From: a virus
Length of the DNA: 64,000 nt
IMG/VR virus record: IMGVR_UViG_3300042868_012858
Span: 1-64,000 of that record
Direction: 5' to 3' (one strand)
The position numbers and the translations under genes were made by a program. The notes under the pieces are model-generated. The model saw nothing but the letters and a program-made list of their open reading frames with translations. It ran no database searches and was not told where the DNA came from. Of the stretch, positions 27,829-38,798 are shown piece after piece. Within the stretch, counting starts at the first letter, position 1, and the number at the start of each line of letters is the position of its first letter.

Positions 27829-28529
27829 TGGTTATAGGAAATGGAATGTTGGCAAAGGCTTTTGGTTCATATATAAAAAACGAAAACGTTATTATATATG
27901 CATCTGGTGTGTCCAATTCCGCTGAAAATTCCGATGAAAACTTCCAAAGAGAAATAAATTTACTAAAAAGTTGTATTCAAGAAAATACAAATAGTTTAAT
28001 AATATACTTTAGTACGTGTAGTGTGAACGATGATAGTTTAAAAGATACTAAATATGTTCAACATAAAAAATTCATAGAAGATTATATTCAAAAAAACGCA
28101 CAAAAGTTTATTATTTTCAGGCTACCGATAGTAATTGGACATACAAAAAATAATTTCACGCTATTCAATTTTTTAAAAGAAAAATTATCTTCAAACCAAG
28201 ATGTGTTCATTCAAAAAAATGCATATAGATATTTAGTTGATATAGAAGATATTTCAAATGTTTTATCTAGAGTTATAGATTCTGGAGAATTTTCAAATTC
28301 TATAATTGATGTTAATTTTAGCAAGAAAATCAGTGTATTGGAAATATCTAATATTATCAAAAAAGAACTACAATCAAATTCAAAAATTAGCATAGTAGAT
28401 GGTGGCGGTTCTTATTATGTAAATGATTCACAATTAAATGGTTTTATTTCCAATAAAAAAATAAATTTTCCTGAAACATATAACGAAGAAGTATTAAAAA
28501 AATATTTAAAAAAAACAATCGAAGTATGA
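27828..28529 (+). CDS. NAD-dependent epimerase/dehydratase-like protein
   Basis: IGNGMLA, ASGVSNS, YFSTCS, YVQHK (YxxxK). Confidence 0.75.
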   Translation: MVIGNGMLAKAFGSYIKNENVIIYASGVSNSAENSDENFQREINLLKSCIQENTNSLIIYFSTCSVNDDSLKDTKYVQHKKFIEDYIQKNAQKFIIFRLPIVIGHTKNNFTLFNFLKEKLSSNQDVFIQKNAYRYLVDIEDISNVLSRVIDSGEFSNSIIDVNFSKKISVLEISNIIKKELQSNSKISIVDGGGSYYVNDSQLNGFISNKKINFPETYNEEVLKKYLKKTIEV

Positions 28530-29413
28530 TTAATCAATTGAAGTTTAAGATAAATGAAAACAAAATAGACTATGAGTCTATAAAATCAAACGCAATAATC
28601 AACTTGCTAAATGATGAAGAGTTTGATGTCAATATTATAATTGGTTGCAGAGGAAGAAAGAATTTTACTATGCCACTAATAGAGAGTTTTGAAAATGCGA
28701 TAAAAAATACTCCAAATAAAAAAATCACTATTACGTTTGTGGATCATAATACATTTCCAGAGCATATGAAGCTTGTGAAAGGAAGAGCTAGTTATATGTG
28801 GACAGAAGGTAATGTGTCCGACCAATATAGTAGAAGTTTTGCTTATAATTTTGGTGTTAAATATGGAAATAATGCTAAGTTCTATTTACTGCATGACTTG
28901 GACATTTTAGTCAAGGAAAACTTTTTTAACGAGCTTTTTGAAAACCTAGGAGAACAAAAGTGTATACAGCCATACGGAGGTAGAAGAGTTCTATATATGT
29001 CTGAAAGCTTAACTAAAAGAGTTATAGAAAAAGAAATAGATTATAACAATTTCAATCAAGATTCTCCAGAAGTTAGCTTACCTATGTTTAATGGTCAACC
29101 TGCGCTTGGGTCAAAAGGCGGATCAATCTTTATAGAGAGAGAATTGTTTGAAGAGGTTGGTGGTTTTGATCCTGAGTTATTTTGGGGGTATGCTGCAGAA
29201 GACCAATTTTTTTGGGAGAAAGTTAACGCTGTTTCAAAAGTCGGGTTTGCAGATAGTCCTTTAGTAGATATGTTTCACATGTGGCATCCACCTTCTTATG
29301 TTACAAATCCATTGCTTCATATTATGGAAAATGATTGGATTATGTTTAAGAATTTAAACACAGAAGAAAAGATGGAAATAATTAATCTAAAAAAGAAATT
29401 ATATGCAGAATAA
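28526..29413 (+). CDS. Glycosyltransferase (GT2/GT7 C-terminal type)
   Basis: RSFAYNFG, HDLD, GGFDPELFWGYAAED, HMWH. Confidence 0.8.
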   Translation: MINQLKFKINENKIDYESIKSNAIINLLNDEEFDVNIIIGCRGRKNFTMPLIESFENAIKNTPNKKITITFVDHNTFPEHMKLVKGRASYMWTEGNVSDQYSRSFAYNFGVKYGNNAKFYLLHDLDILVKENFFNELFENLGEQKCIQPYGGRRVLYMSESLTKRVIEKEIDYNNFNQDSPEVSLPMFNGQPALGSKGGSIFIERELFEEVGGFDPELFWGYAAEDQFFWEKVNAVSKVGFADSPLVDMFHMWHPPSYVTNPLLHIMENDWIMFKNLNTEEKMEIINLKKKLYAE

Positions 29414-30296
29414 GGCTTTTATATTCACAGAATCTTATGGGTGTGGTCTAATATTAAAAAAATGTTTAGAATCTTTTTTTAGGCATCATCCCGATACTAT
29501 AGTTCACGTATTTGGTACTCACAAAGACTTTAAAGAGTTGGGTAAATTCAAAAATGTAGAATATATTGAACTGAGTGAAGATTTGGAGCTTAAAGAATGT
29601 TTTAAGCATGGTCACCTAGGAACTGCTCACATAGGAGCTAGGGTCATAAAAGAATTTTCAAAAGGATTTGATTACATCATTCATTTTGATAGCGATGTAA
29701 TATTTCAAAAAGAATCTCTTTCTTTGTTGTACGATAAAATTGATGAAGGATACGATTTAATAGGACCTGTTAGATGTTATAAAAATAATATGAATGGTAG
29801 AACAGATTTGTCTGAATTATCAGATGTTTCTCAAACATATTTTTATGCGTTTAACAAAACAAAAATAAGCGACTATAGTTTTGTTGATTTAAGAAATATG
29901 ATTGTTGGTTTTCACAATCCTTTGAATCATCCAATATTAGATTACTTTGATCCTGTTTCTTTTGATATTTTAAAAAATGGAGGTAAGTCTTATTTTCTAA
30001 ATGTAGATTTGGTTGGAGGTTTAACTCTTGAGGGAAACAGAAAAAATAAATATGAAGAATTGAATAGCGACATGGATTTCGGAGAAAACCTAATGCATTT
30101 TGCTGGAGTCGGATCTGGAATGAAATTTCATTTTCAAGGGGCAGAGCAAACAAATCAATCATATGTAGATTGGGCTCTTAAAAGATTTGCTTTGTATTAC
30201 AAATTATTTTATGGAATTTCTATAGATAATGTTGAGGTTGATGATAAAAAGTTTGAATTACTAAAAAAAGAAATCGATGAAACAGCTAATTGTTAG
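29403..30296 (+). CDS. Putative GT-A glycosyltransferase
   Basis: IIHFDSDV (DxD), late HFAG motif, operon context. Confidence 0.6.
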   Translation: MQNKAFIFTESYGCGLILKKCLESFFRHHPDTIVHVFGTHKDFKELGKFKNVEYIELSEDLELKECFKHGHLGTAHIGARVIKEFSKGFDYIIHFDSDVIFQKESLSLLYDKIDEGYDLIGPVRCYKNNMNGRTDLSELSDVSQTYFYAFNKTKISDYSFVDLRNMIVGFHNPLNHPILDYFDPVSFDILKNGGKSYFLNVDLVGGLTLEGNRKNKYEELNSDMDFGENLMHFAGVGSGMKFHFQGAEQTNQSYVDWALKRFALYYKLFYGISIDNVEVDDKKFELLKKEIDETANC

Positions 30297-31077
30297 CAAT
30301 ATAGATCCGTCTTGGCCTAATATAGAAGTAGAATACGCTAAACCTATAGAATTGTTTATTGATAGTCTTAATGGATATAATCCAGCTAAAAATTCTTTTA
30401 AGATTTTATGGGTAAAAGAAATGGAGGCTATTAGTAATTTTAGGAGCACAGCTATAGATAATAAAGATAAGTTTGATGCTATTCTGACTTATGATGAGGA
30501 AATATTAAAACAATGTGAAAATGCACACCTGATGTTATTTGGAACATCCTGGGTGCACAACTATAATTTTTCTGATAAAAAATTTCAAGTATCTCATCTT
30601 ACTGGTCATAAAAACTATGCAGTCGGACATAAACTTAGACAAAAAATTCATTATAAACAAAATAGTATAAAAACGCCAAAGGATTTTTATATTAGTAAAT
30701 ATGGAGGTGTGGAAAATTTTGCTAATAACAAAATCTTGGGTGAACAAAAAGAGCCTTTGTTTGATTCTCAGTTCCATATTTGTATAGAAAATTCTCAGCA
30801 GTCCAATTGCTTTACTGAAAAAATTATGGATTGTTTTGTAACTAAGACAATTCCTATTTACTTTGGTGCGCCAAATATCGACAAATACTTTGACATAAAT
30901 GGCGTTCTTGTGGTGAATAATTTTGAAGACATTTTAAGCGTATGTAATTCATTGACCGAAGAAGATTATATTAGTAGGATATTTTCTGTAGAAAAAAACT
31001 TTGAATTAGCTCAAAAATATATTACTATTGTTGATAGACTTAAGAGCGTAATAATTAATATAATTGAAAAAAAATAA
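30277..31077 (+). CDS. GT10-like (alpha-1,3-fucosyltransferase-type) glycosyltransferase
   Basis: FHICIENS..N.FTEKIMDCF...TIPIYFGA motif. Confidence 0.8.
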   Translation: MKQLIVSNIDPSWPNIEVEYAKPIELFIDSLNGYNPAKNSFKILWVKEMEAISNFRSTAIDNKDKFDAILTYDEEILKQCENAHLMLFGTSWVHNYNFSDKKFQVSHLTGHKNYAVGHKLRQKIHYKQNSIKTPKDFYISKYGGVENFANNKILGEQKEPLFDSQFHICIENSQQSNCFTEKIMDCFVTKTIPIYFGAPNIDKYFDINGVLVVNNFEDILSVCNSLTEEDYISRIFSVEKNFELAQKYITIVDRLKSVIINIIEKK

Positions 31078-31083
31078 AATAGT

Positions 31084-31800
31084 ATGGACAAAAATAAGCC
31101 TTTAATAACTATTATTATACCTTGTTATGAGATGAGAGGTGAGGGTGTGTCGTTTTTAAACTTTTCTCTTGAAAAAATCTACTCACAAAGCTATAAAAAT
31201 ATAGAAGTGTTGATTTCAGACCAATCAAATAATTCAGATATTTTTGAAGCCGTTAAAGCTTGGGATAAAAAATTAAACATCAAATATTTTTTGAATACAG
31301 GATCAGAGAAGAGTTCATCATCAAACTTAAATTTTGCCCTGAAAAAAATATCCGAAGAAACAAAGTATGTCAAATATTTATTTCAAGATGATTTCTTGTT
31401 AAACGAAGAATCAATTCAATTGACAATAGATTCTTTAGAATTAAATCCAGATAAACATTGGCTTGTAAGCTCTTGCTACCATAGTAATAATGGTCAAGAC
31501 TTATATTATCCTTTTGAACCGTATTTTTATGAAGACATATTTTTGGGAGAACCTAATTCTATTAGCGCACCATCTGTATTAACGGTAAGAAGAGAGGCTG
31601 CAATAGATTTTGATAAAAATTTGATATGGCTAATGGATGTTGACTATTATAGACGACTTTATGATGAGTTTGGAGAGCCAATTATATTAGATAAACACAC
31701 TGTAGTAAACAGAACTTGGGGAGGTCAAGTTGGAAACAATGTAAGTGCAGAAACACAAGAAATAGAAAAAAATATTGTAACAGAAAAATTTAAAAAATAA
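31084..31800 (+). CDS. Glycosyltransferase family 2
   Basis: IIIPCYEM, ISDQS, LFQDD, LMDVDYY. Confidence 0.8.
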   Translation: MDKNKPLITIIIPCYEMRGEGVSFLNFSLEKIYSQSYKNIEVLISDQSNNSDIFEAVKAWDKKLNIKYFLNTGSEKSSSSNLNFALKKISEETKYVKYLFQDDFLLNEESIQLTIDSLELNPDKHWLVSSCYHSNNGQDLYYPFEPYFYEDIFLGEPNSISAPSVLTVRREAAIDFDKNLIWLMDVDYYRRLYDEFGEPIILDKHTVVNRTWGGQVGNNVSAETQEIEKNIVTEKFKK

Positions 31801-31802
31801 AA

Positions 31803-32372
31803 ATGGAAAAAATTGAAGACATATTCAAACAAAAATGCTTAATAAGTAATGATATAAATGAGCATTTACCTGTATTAAAAAAATATACAGAGGATTGTGA
31901 TGTAGTGGTAGAAGCTGGAGTTAGAAGTATTGTTTCTACTTGGGCTTTTTTAGCTGGCAAACCTAAAGAGTTAATATCAGTAGATATAATACACCCATCT
32001 ACCTACATTAACCACGACCCTAGTGGTTGTAACATTAATTTAGTAGAACAATTGGCGCACGAAAATGACATTAATTTTAGATTTATGTTAGGTAGTACTC
32101 TAGAAATTGAAATTCCTGAATGTGACCTTTTGTTTCTAGACACTCTCCATAATTATAGCCAGTTAAAAAAAGAGCTAGAACTGCACTCAAATAAGGCTAA
32201 AAAATACATCATACTGCATGATACAGAAAGTTTTAAAGATAAAGGAGAAACCAATAATGAAGACGGCATAGGAAGAGCTTTAGATGAATTTTTAGAAGAG
32301 GGAAATTGGGTAATTAGAGAAAGGTTGACAAACAACAATGGTTTAACTATTTTAGTTCCAAAAAATGCTTAG
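31803..32372 (+). CDS. Class I SAM-dependent methyltransferase (Methyltransf_24-like)
   Basis: VVEAGVR, DLLFLDTLH, IILHDT. Confidence 0.8.
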   Translation: MEKIEDIFKQKCLISNDINEHLPVLKKYTEDCDVVVEAGVRSIVSTWAFLAGKPKELISVDIIHPSTYINHDPSGCNINLVEQLAHENDINFRFMLGSTLEIEIPECDLLFLDTLHNYSQLKKELELHSNKAKKYIILHDTESFKDKGETNNEDGIGRALDEFLEEGNWVIRERLTNNNGLTILVPKNA

Positions 32373-32997
32373 TCTGAAAAATGTAACTTTAGTGGCAGTA
32401 ACCTCAATAAAGATTGATGAAACAATAAATGCGTTAGAAAAAAGTTGTCAATTTATTGATTTTTATGATGTAAAATTAATTACAGATAAAAATATTGTTC
32501 ACGAAAAAATAAAAACAGAAAAATGCAACCCTATCAATAACATAGATGAATATAGTAGATTTATGATATATGACTTAAAAAATCATATAGAGACAGATTT
32601 TGTATTAGTGATTCAATATGATGGATTTGTAATAAATCCAGAGTGTTGGGATGATATTTTTTTTGAATATGACTATATTGGAGCTCCGTGGCCTAAAAAT
32701 AAGTTTTTTAATGATGACAATGTAAACATAAGAGTTGGAAATGGCGGTTTTTCTTTTAGGAGTAAAAAACTTTTAAACCTCCCGTCCGAACTTAAAATTC
32801 CATTTCTCCCCTATAAAGGGTATTATAATGAAGATGGGTTTTTAACAGCTGCCCATAGAAAAACATTAATAGAGAACGGAATTAAATATGCACCAGTTGA
32901 AATTGCTGGAAAGTTCTCAAAAGAACTAGAATGTGATGATGTGCCTAATCAGAAAACCTTTGGTTTTCATAAAGAAAACTTAAACTTGTATTTATAA
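32365..32997 (+). CDS. DUF5672-like glycosyltransferase-fold protein
   Basis: IQYDGF, YDYIGAPW, VGNGGFSFRS, NED, FGFH. Confidence 0.8.
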   Translation: MLSLKNVTLVAVTSIKIDETINALEKSCQFIDFYDVKLITDKNIVHEKIKTEKCNPINNIDEYSRFMIYDLKNHIETDFVLVIQYDGFVINPECWDDIFFEYDYIGAPWPKNKFFNDDNVNIRVGNGGFSFRSKKLLNLPSELKIPFLPYKGYYNEDGFLTAAHRKTLIENGIKYAPVEIAGKFSKELECDDVPNQKTFGFHKENLNLYL

Positions 32998-32998
32998 A

Positions 32999-33619
32999 AT
33001 GTCAATAACAAAACAAGAAATAAAAAACCTAATAAATAACAGCGCTCCTGTTATTTTTGAAATAGGGTGTGCAGACGGGATAGATACTTTGGAATTTATC
33101 AACACATTTAATGAGTCATCTTTTAAACTATTTTGCTTTGAACCAGATCCTAGAAACATAGAAGAGTTTAAAAAGAGAGTAAGTGATTCTAGGGTGTTTT
33201 TGCATGAAATAGCAATTGGAGACAAGGACGGCTTAACAACATTTAACCAATCCTCTACAATATATTCATCATCTTTAAAAAACCCAAATATAGAAAATAT
33301 TCAAAAAACATGGCCTATGATAAATTTTGAAAATAGTTTTGATGTAATTGTTACAACTATAGATAGTTTTATCAAAGACAACTCAATAGAAATTGTAGAT
33401 TTTATTTGGGCGGATGTGCAAGGCGCTGAGGATTTAATGATATCGGGAGGGAAAAATTCTCTCATTGATAAAGTTAGATATATGTATACAGAATATAGCA
33501 ATGTAGAATACTATGAAAATGAACCAAGTCTAAATAAAATCATTGAACTTATGGGTGATAATTGGGAAGTTGTACAAGTTTTTGCAGCAGATGTTCTTTT
33601 AAAAAACAAAAATTTATAA
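32999..33619 (+). CDS. FkbM-family methyltransferase (NoeI-like sugar O-methyltransferase)
   Basis: FEIGCADG, FEPDP, WADVQGAE. Confidence 0.85.
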   Translation: MSITKQEIKNLINNSAPVIFEIGCADGIDTLEFINTFNESSFKLFCFEPDPRNIEEFKKRVSDSRVFLHEIAIGDKDGLTTFNQSSTIYSSSLKNPNIENIQKTWPMINFENSFDVIVTTIDSFIKDNSIEIVDFIWADVQGAEDLMISGGKNSLIDKVRYMYTEYSNVEYYENEPSLNKIIELMGDNWEVVQVFAADVLLKNKNL

Positions 33620-33623
33620 AACC

Positions 33624-34328
33624 ATGATACTATACGATAGCAGTAAATTAGACCGATTAAAATACAAATTTGAAGGGTGCGAAACAATAGATAGAAATTA
33701 TTCGCAAGCTTATCAGGATATGTTTGTATTAACAATGTTAAACGGTAAAAAGAATGGAACATATTTGGAAATAGGCGCTATGGATGCCGTGTTTATTAAT
33801 AATACATTTCTCTTAGAGAGTAGGTTTGGATGGAGAGGTCTATCTGTAGATATAGACCCGTCATCTAAAGATACGTTTGTAAACAATGGCAGAAAAAATG
33901 ATTTCATACTAGGAGATGCCCTTGAAGTAGATTATGATAAATTCTTTCAAGATAATAATTATGGTAGCCGAATAGATTTTCTCCAAGTTGATGTCGAGCC
34001 ACAATCTCAAACATTAGCTTGTTTAAAGAAGTTGCCTTTTGACAAATATAGATTCTCTGTAATAGCATTTGAAACAGACTTTTATGATAACTCAAATGGA
34101 GAAGAAGAGTCTCTTAAGAATAGGGAAGAATCAAGAGCATTCTTAAAGTCTCATGGTTATGAACTGATAGTAGGTAATATAGCTAATATTGGTCCGCTTG
34201 GAACTGATGATTTATCTCCGTTTGAAGATTGGTATGTGGATCCAACAGTAGTTGATTCTAATTTAATCAATTTATTTAAATCATCTTCTGAGTTTAATAA
34301 ATCAGCAGAGGATTTTATGTGTGATTAA
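33624..34328 (+). CDS. FkbM-like methyltransferase
   Basis: YSQAYQD, YLEIGA, NNT..LE, IDFLQVDVE, FEDWY. Confidence 0.75.
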   Translation: MILYDSSKLDRLKYKFEGCETIDRNYSQAYQDMFVLTMLNGKKNGTYLEIGAMDAVFINNTFLLESRFGWRGLSVDIDPSSKDTFVNNGRKNDFILGDALEVDYDKFFQDNNYGSRIDFLQVDVEPQSQTLACLKKLPFDKYRFSVIAFETDFYDNSNGEEESLKNREESRAFLKSHGYELIVGNIANIGPLGTDDLSPFEDWYVDPTVVDSNLINLFKSSSEFNKSAEDFMCD

Positions 34329-34330
34329 TT

Positions 34331-35272
34331 ATGATTGTAACGGAATTGTATAATGGTCAAGGCTTAGGCAATCAATTATGGTGTTATGCTGTAACTAGGG
34401 TTATTGCTGCTGATAACGATTTTGGTTTTGGTATAATATCTCCTGAAAAATTCAAAGGCAATAATATATTAAATTTAGATTTCGGTAAGCAGGTTATTGG
34501 AGGTAAATCCCCAGAGGGAGGACCTCCAATAACTCTTCCGAATGGAATAGCTTCTTATTACAGGGAAAAGTACGAACAACACCCTTATTTTAGATGTGAT
34601 ATCTCACCATTAGACTTAAACTTAGTTAGTGTGTGCGATAATACTAAAATAGAGGGCGTCATGCAATCTGTAGGTTATATCCATCATAGAAAAGATGACA
34701 TATTAAAATGGCTGAAAATAAAAGATGAGGGTAATGTTGACAATACGCATTTAGGTGAAAATGTATGCGTTGTTCATATACGTGGAGGTGATTTTAGAGG
34801 AGTTTCAGACACTATATTACCGAAGAGCTATTTTATTAATTCTATGGAAAAAATAAAGCTAGTTAATGAAAAAATTGAATTTGTAATAGTAACAGATGAT
34901 GTTCAATATGCCAAGAGTATACTGCCTGGTGTAAAAATAATAGGATCATCAGAGTTTAGTGCAGAAGATTCTTTCAAGGCTAGTCATCATTTAGGAGGAC
35001 CGATTGAACACGACTACTCTATAATAAACAAAGCAAGGTATTTGATATTATCTAACTCTAGCTTTAGTTGGTGGGCAGCTTATACAAATGTTGATTTGCA
35101 ATTTTTAATAGCTCCTAAATATTGGGCTAAACACAATATTTCAGATGGGTTTTGGTCAACTGATGACATAATGACTCCAGGGTGGAACTATATTGACAAA
35201 GAAGGTAATCTTTTTAGTTATGAAGATTGTAGAAAAGAACTTGATGAATATAAAAAAATTAAAAATGAGTAA
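34331..35272 (+). CDS. GT11 (alpha-1,2-fucosyl/colitosyltransferase-like)
   Basis: GLGNQL, VHIRGGDF, SNSSFSWWAAY. Confidence 0.87.
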   Translation: MIVTELYNGQGLGNQLWCYAVTRVIAADNDFGFGIISPEKFKGNNILNLDFGKQVIGGKSPEGGPPITLPNGIASYYREKYEQHPYFRCDISPLDLNLVSVCDNTKIEGVMQSVGYIHHRKDDILKWLKIKDEGNVDNTHLGENVCVVHIRGGDFRGVSDTILPKSYFINSMEKIKLVNEKIEFVIVTDDVQYAKSILPGVKIIGSSEFSAEDSFKASHHLGGPIEHDYSIINKARYLILSNSSFSWWAAYTNVDLQFLIAPKYWAKHNISDGFWSTDDIMTPGWNYIDKEGNLFSYEDCRKELDEYKKIKNE

Positions 35273-36152
35273 ACCAAAAGTGTATGATTGTTTTATTTTT
35301 TTTAATGAACTTGATTTATTAGAAATAAGACTAAATATAATGAATCAGTTTGTAGACTATTTTGTTATAGTGGAATCAAACAAAACATTTTCTGGAAAAG
35401 ATAAATCGTTTATACTAGAAGAAAACATGCATAGATTTTCTTCTTTTAAGGATAAAATAATTTACAAAAAAATAGAAGATACTCCAGAAGATTTTGTAAA
35501 TATCAAATCTTGTTTTGATGAAAAAAATTACAAATTTGACAACCCTAAAGAACTTGAGGTTATTAAAAACATAGCATCTTATATAGAAAATACTACTTAT
35601 TGGCCGAGAAACGAAACACAGTGGGGTAGGGAAATATTTCAAAGAGAGTGTATGTTGAGGTGTTTAACTAATTGTGATGATAATGATATAGTAATGTTAT
35701 CAGATTTAGATGAAATACCCAACTTAAACATTTGTAATTTTGAAGATATTTTATTAGATTTACCTATAACTTCTAAACAGCATATGTTTTATTATTTTTT
35801 GAACTACAGATTAGATGAGATTTGGATTGGAACAAAAATATGCAGATATAGATATTTAAAAAAAGATTTTGTAAACGAAGTAAGAAGATTAAGGGAGACT
35901 GAATACTCATTACCTAATTTAGGTTGGCATTTTTCTTTCTTGGGTGGCATCGAAAAAATAAAACAAAAAATAGAAGCTTTTTCTCACCAAGAATACAACA
36001 ATGATTCTATAAAATCAAATATAGAAGAAAATGTAAAGAGCGGAAACGATATATTTGGTCGAGGAAAAAGTGTACGAAAAGTGGAGGTTGATGATTCATT
36101 TCCTCTTTTTCTAATAGAAAATAAAACAAAATATAATAAATTTTTTATATAA
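35265..36152 (+). CDS. GT17 (beta-1,4-GlcNAc transferase-like)
   Basis: VYDCFIFFNELDLLEIRL, VESNKTFSG, SDLDEIP, GWHFSF; start moved to ATG at 35265. Confidence 0.87.
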   Translation: MSKPKVYDCFIFFNELDLLEIRLNIMNQFVDYFVIVESNKTFSGKDKSFILEENMHRFSSFKDKIIYKKIEDTPEDFVNIKSCFDEKNYKFDNPKELEVIKNIASYIENTTYWPRNETQWGREIFQRECMLRCLTNCDDNDIVMLSDLDEIPNLNICNFEDILLDLPITSKQHMFYYFLNYRLDEIWIGTKICRYRYLKKDFVNEVRRLRETEYSLPNLGWHFSFLGGIEKIKQKIEAFSHQEYNNDSIKSNIEENVKSGNDIFGRGKSVRKVEVDDSFPLFLIENKTKYNKFFI

Positions 36153-36157
36153 AAATC

Positions 36158-36937
36158 ATGGAAAACAATAAAATTAAATTAGATTTTTTAAAAAGGGTAT
36201 TAACCGATACAGTTTATAATGATGAGGTGAGAAACTCTTTTTTTGATACAAAAGAATTCCCAGGTGTTGATGTTATGAATAGCATTATAAACTCTTCAGT
36301 GGAAGAGAAAAGAATGGGTGGTATGGATTGGCCAGAAAGAGCTCATACTATGGTGGGAGTTAAGAGATTGAATAATTTACACGAAACTTTAGATTATATA
36401 AGAAAAAATAATATAGACGGAGACTTTATAGAAACTGGCGTGTGGAGAGGAGGGGCTTCTATATTTATAAAGCTATATAATGATTTGTATTCATTAAATA
36501 GAAATGTGTTTGTAGCAGACTCTTTTGCTGGACTACCACCTCCTGATTCAGATAAATACCCAGTAGATGAAGGTGACATCCATCACACTATACCATATCT
36601 TAGTGTTTCATTGGATCAAGTTACAGAAAATTTCAAACTATACAACGCTCTTGATGAATCTGTAATTTTTCTGAAAGGTTGGTTTAGTGACACTCTAAAA
36701 AATAATGATAACATAAAAAATTTAGCACTACTAAGGTTTGATGGAGATATGTACGGTTCTACTATGGATGTGTTTGAAAATTTATACCACAAGGTTAATT
36801 CAAAAGGGGTGATTATTGTTGATGACTACTGCCTGCCAAACTGTGTAAAAGCAGTAACTGATTTTAGACAAAAGAATAATATAACAAATGAAATAAAAAC
36901 AGTTGATTCATGCGGGGTGTATTGGATTAAAGATTAA
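36158..36937 (+). CDS. TylF/MycF-family sugar O-methyltransferase
   Basis: AHTMVG..RL, IETGVWRGG, DSFAGLP, KGWFSDTL, LRFDGDMY, IVDDY. Confidence 0.9.
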   Translation: MENNKIKLDFLKRVLTDTVYNDEVRNSFFDTKEFPGVDVMNSIINSSVEEKRMGGMDWPERAHTMVGVKRLNNLHETLDYIRKNNIDGDFIETGVWRGGASIFIKLYNDLYSLNRNVFVADSFAGLPPPDSDKYPVDEGDIHHTIPYLSVSLDQVTENFKLYNALDESVIFLKGWFSDTLKNNDNIKNLALLRFDGDMYGSTMDVFENLYHKVNSKGVIIVDDYCLPNCVKAVTDFRQKNNITNEIKTVDSCGVYWIKD

Positions 36938-36950
36938 ATCTATGTAAAAT

Positions 36951-37601
36951 ATGAAAACATTAGACGAAATAGCCATAGAACATAAAACAGATAAATCTAG
37001 TATATCACATAATTATACAGAACATTACGCAAATCATTTTGAAAAAATAAGATTTAATAATCTGAAAGTTTTGGAAATAGGAATCCAAAATGGTTTCTCA
37101 TTAAAAATGTGGAAAGAATATTTTGAGAACTCTACAATAGTTGGTATAGATTTAACGGATTTAACTCATCTAAAAGAAGATAGAGTGGAAATAGAAGTTG
37201 GGAATCAATCAGATGAAGATTTTTTAAAAAGAGTTAGCGAACAATATGGACCATTTGATATAATAATTGATGATGGAAGCCATAAAAGTATAGATATTAG
37301 AAAAAGTTTTTATTGTTTATTCCCACTATTAAAAAATGGAGGGTATTATGTAGTTGAAGATTTACATACAAATTATTGGGAAAGAAATAACATCACAGAA
37401 GGTTGGTTTATTAATGAAAATTATGATACTTTCATAAATGACATTAAATTGTTTATCGACTATTCTAATTCTAATGGTAAAAGTGGTTATGCCAATAGAA
37501 AAATGGATGATACACACGCTTTTCAAGAAATGAATTATTGGGAAAAAAATATATACTCCGTGCATTCCTATAGAAGTATTTGCTTCATAAATAAGTGCTA
37601 A
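36951..37601 (+). CDS. SAM-dependent O-methyltransferase (MycE/TylE-like)
   Basis: TDK..HNY..Y, LEIGI, DIIIDDGSH, GGYYVVEDL. Confidence 0.82.
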   Translation: MKTLDEIAIEHKTDKSSISHNYTEHYANHFEKIRFNNLKVLEIGIQNGFSLKMWKEYFENSTIVGIDLTDLTHLKEDRVEIEVGNQSDEDFLKRVSEQYGPFDIIIDDGSHKSIDIRKSFYCLFPLLKNGGYYVVEDLHTNYWERNNITEGWFINENYDTFINDIKLFIDYSNSNGKSGYANRKMDDTHAFQEMNYWEKNIYSVHSYRSICFINKC

Positions 37602-37613
37602 TTATATTTTAGA

Positions 37614-38795
37614 ATGAATGCAACGAATAATCAAATAACCTTAGTAAAAGACACAATTAACAATAATGATATAGACAATTTGATATCATGGTTAGAGACG
37701 TACCCTAAATTGACTAAAGGTGAAAAGACGATTGAATTTGAAGAAATGTGGTCAAAGTGGATGGGGTGTAAATATTCTGTATTTGTTAATTCAGGATCAT
37801 CCGCAAATCTACTGATGTTCTATGCATTGAAAGAACTTTATAAGTTAAGGAATAATAAGATTGCGATACCAGCATTGAGTTGGGCTACAGATTTATCGCC
37901 AGCAATTCATCTAGGATTTGAACCAATATTAGTAGATTGTAATCTAGATAATTTATCTGTTGATTTAAAGCATTTAGAAGAGCTTTTTAAAGAAGAAGCT
38001 CCGTCTGCTCTAGTTTTAGTATCTGTGTTAGGGTTAGCTCCTGAAATTGATAAGATTGTAAGTTTATGTAAAAAATACGATGTTATTTTATTGGAGGATA
38101 ATTGTGAAAGCCAAGGCACATCAGTAAACGAATTGAAATTGGGTAATTTTGGATTGATGTCTTCTTTTTCAACTTATTTTGGGCACACTATGAGTACAAT
38201 AGAGGGTGGTATGGTGTGCACTAACGATAAAGCTGTTTATAATATGATTAAACAGCTTAGAAGTCATGGGTGGGATAGAGATTTGGATGTTGAAACGCAA
38301 AGAAAACTACGAAATGATTGGAATGTAGATTCATTTTCATCTCTTTATACTTTTTATGTACCAGGATTCAATTTAAGATCTACTGACTTGCAAGCTGTTA
38401 TAGGAATAGGGCAACTCAAAAAGATTGATGATATGATTTCAAAAAGAAACGAGAATTTTAAAAAATTCTCTGACTTATTAAAAGGTCATACTTGGTTTCC
38501 AAAAGAAACGGACAATAGCTTCACATCTAGCTTCTGTATTCCTATAATTGCAGTAAGTTCTGAACAAAAAAAAAGAATAGTTGACAAATTAATAAATAAT
38601 GGTGTTGAGTGTAGACCTTTGATATGCGGCTCTATGGGGACTCAGCCTTTCTATGTAAAAAAATACGGAAGAAAAGAATTGCCAAACGCTTCAATTGTTG
38701 ATTCTTGTGGTTTGTATGTTCCAAATCATCCAAATCTTACAGATGAAGAAATTGAAAGAATTTGCAATTGCATATTAACTTCATTAATAAAATAA
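37614..38795 (+). CDS. colD: DegT-family PLP enzyme, ColD type (GDP-4-keto-6-deoxymannose 3-dehydratase)
   Basis: VNSGSSANL, EDNCES; SFSTYFGHTMSTIEGG has His where aminotransferases have Lys; RSHGW; adjacent to gmd and fcl-like genes. Confidence 0.72.
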   Translation: MNATNNQITLVKDTINNNDIDNLISWLETYPKLTKGEKTIEFEEMWSKWMGCKYSVFVNSGSSANLLMFYALKELYKLRNNKIAIPALSWATDLSPAIHLGFEPILVDCNLDNLSVDLKHLEELFKEEAPSALVLVSVLGLAPEIDKIVSLCKKYDVILLEDNCESQGTSVNELKLGNFGLMSSFSTYFGHTMSTIEGGMVCTNDKAVYNMIKQLRSHGWDRDLDVETQRKLRNDWNVDSFSSLYTFYVPGFNLRSTDLQAVIGIGQLKKIDDMISKRNENFKKFSDLLKGHTWFPKETDNSFTSSFCIPIIAVSSEQKKRIVDKLINNGVECRPLICGSMGTQPFYVKKYGRKELPNASIVDSCGLYVPNHPNLTDEEIERICNCILTSLIK

Positions 38796-38798
38796 TTT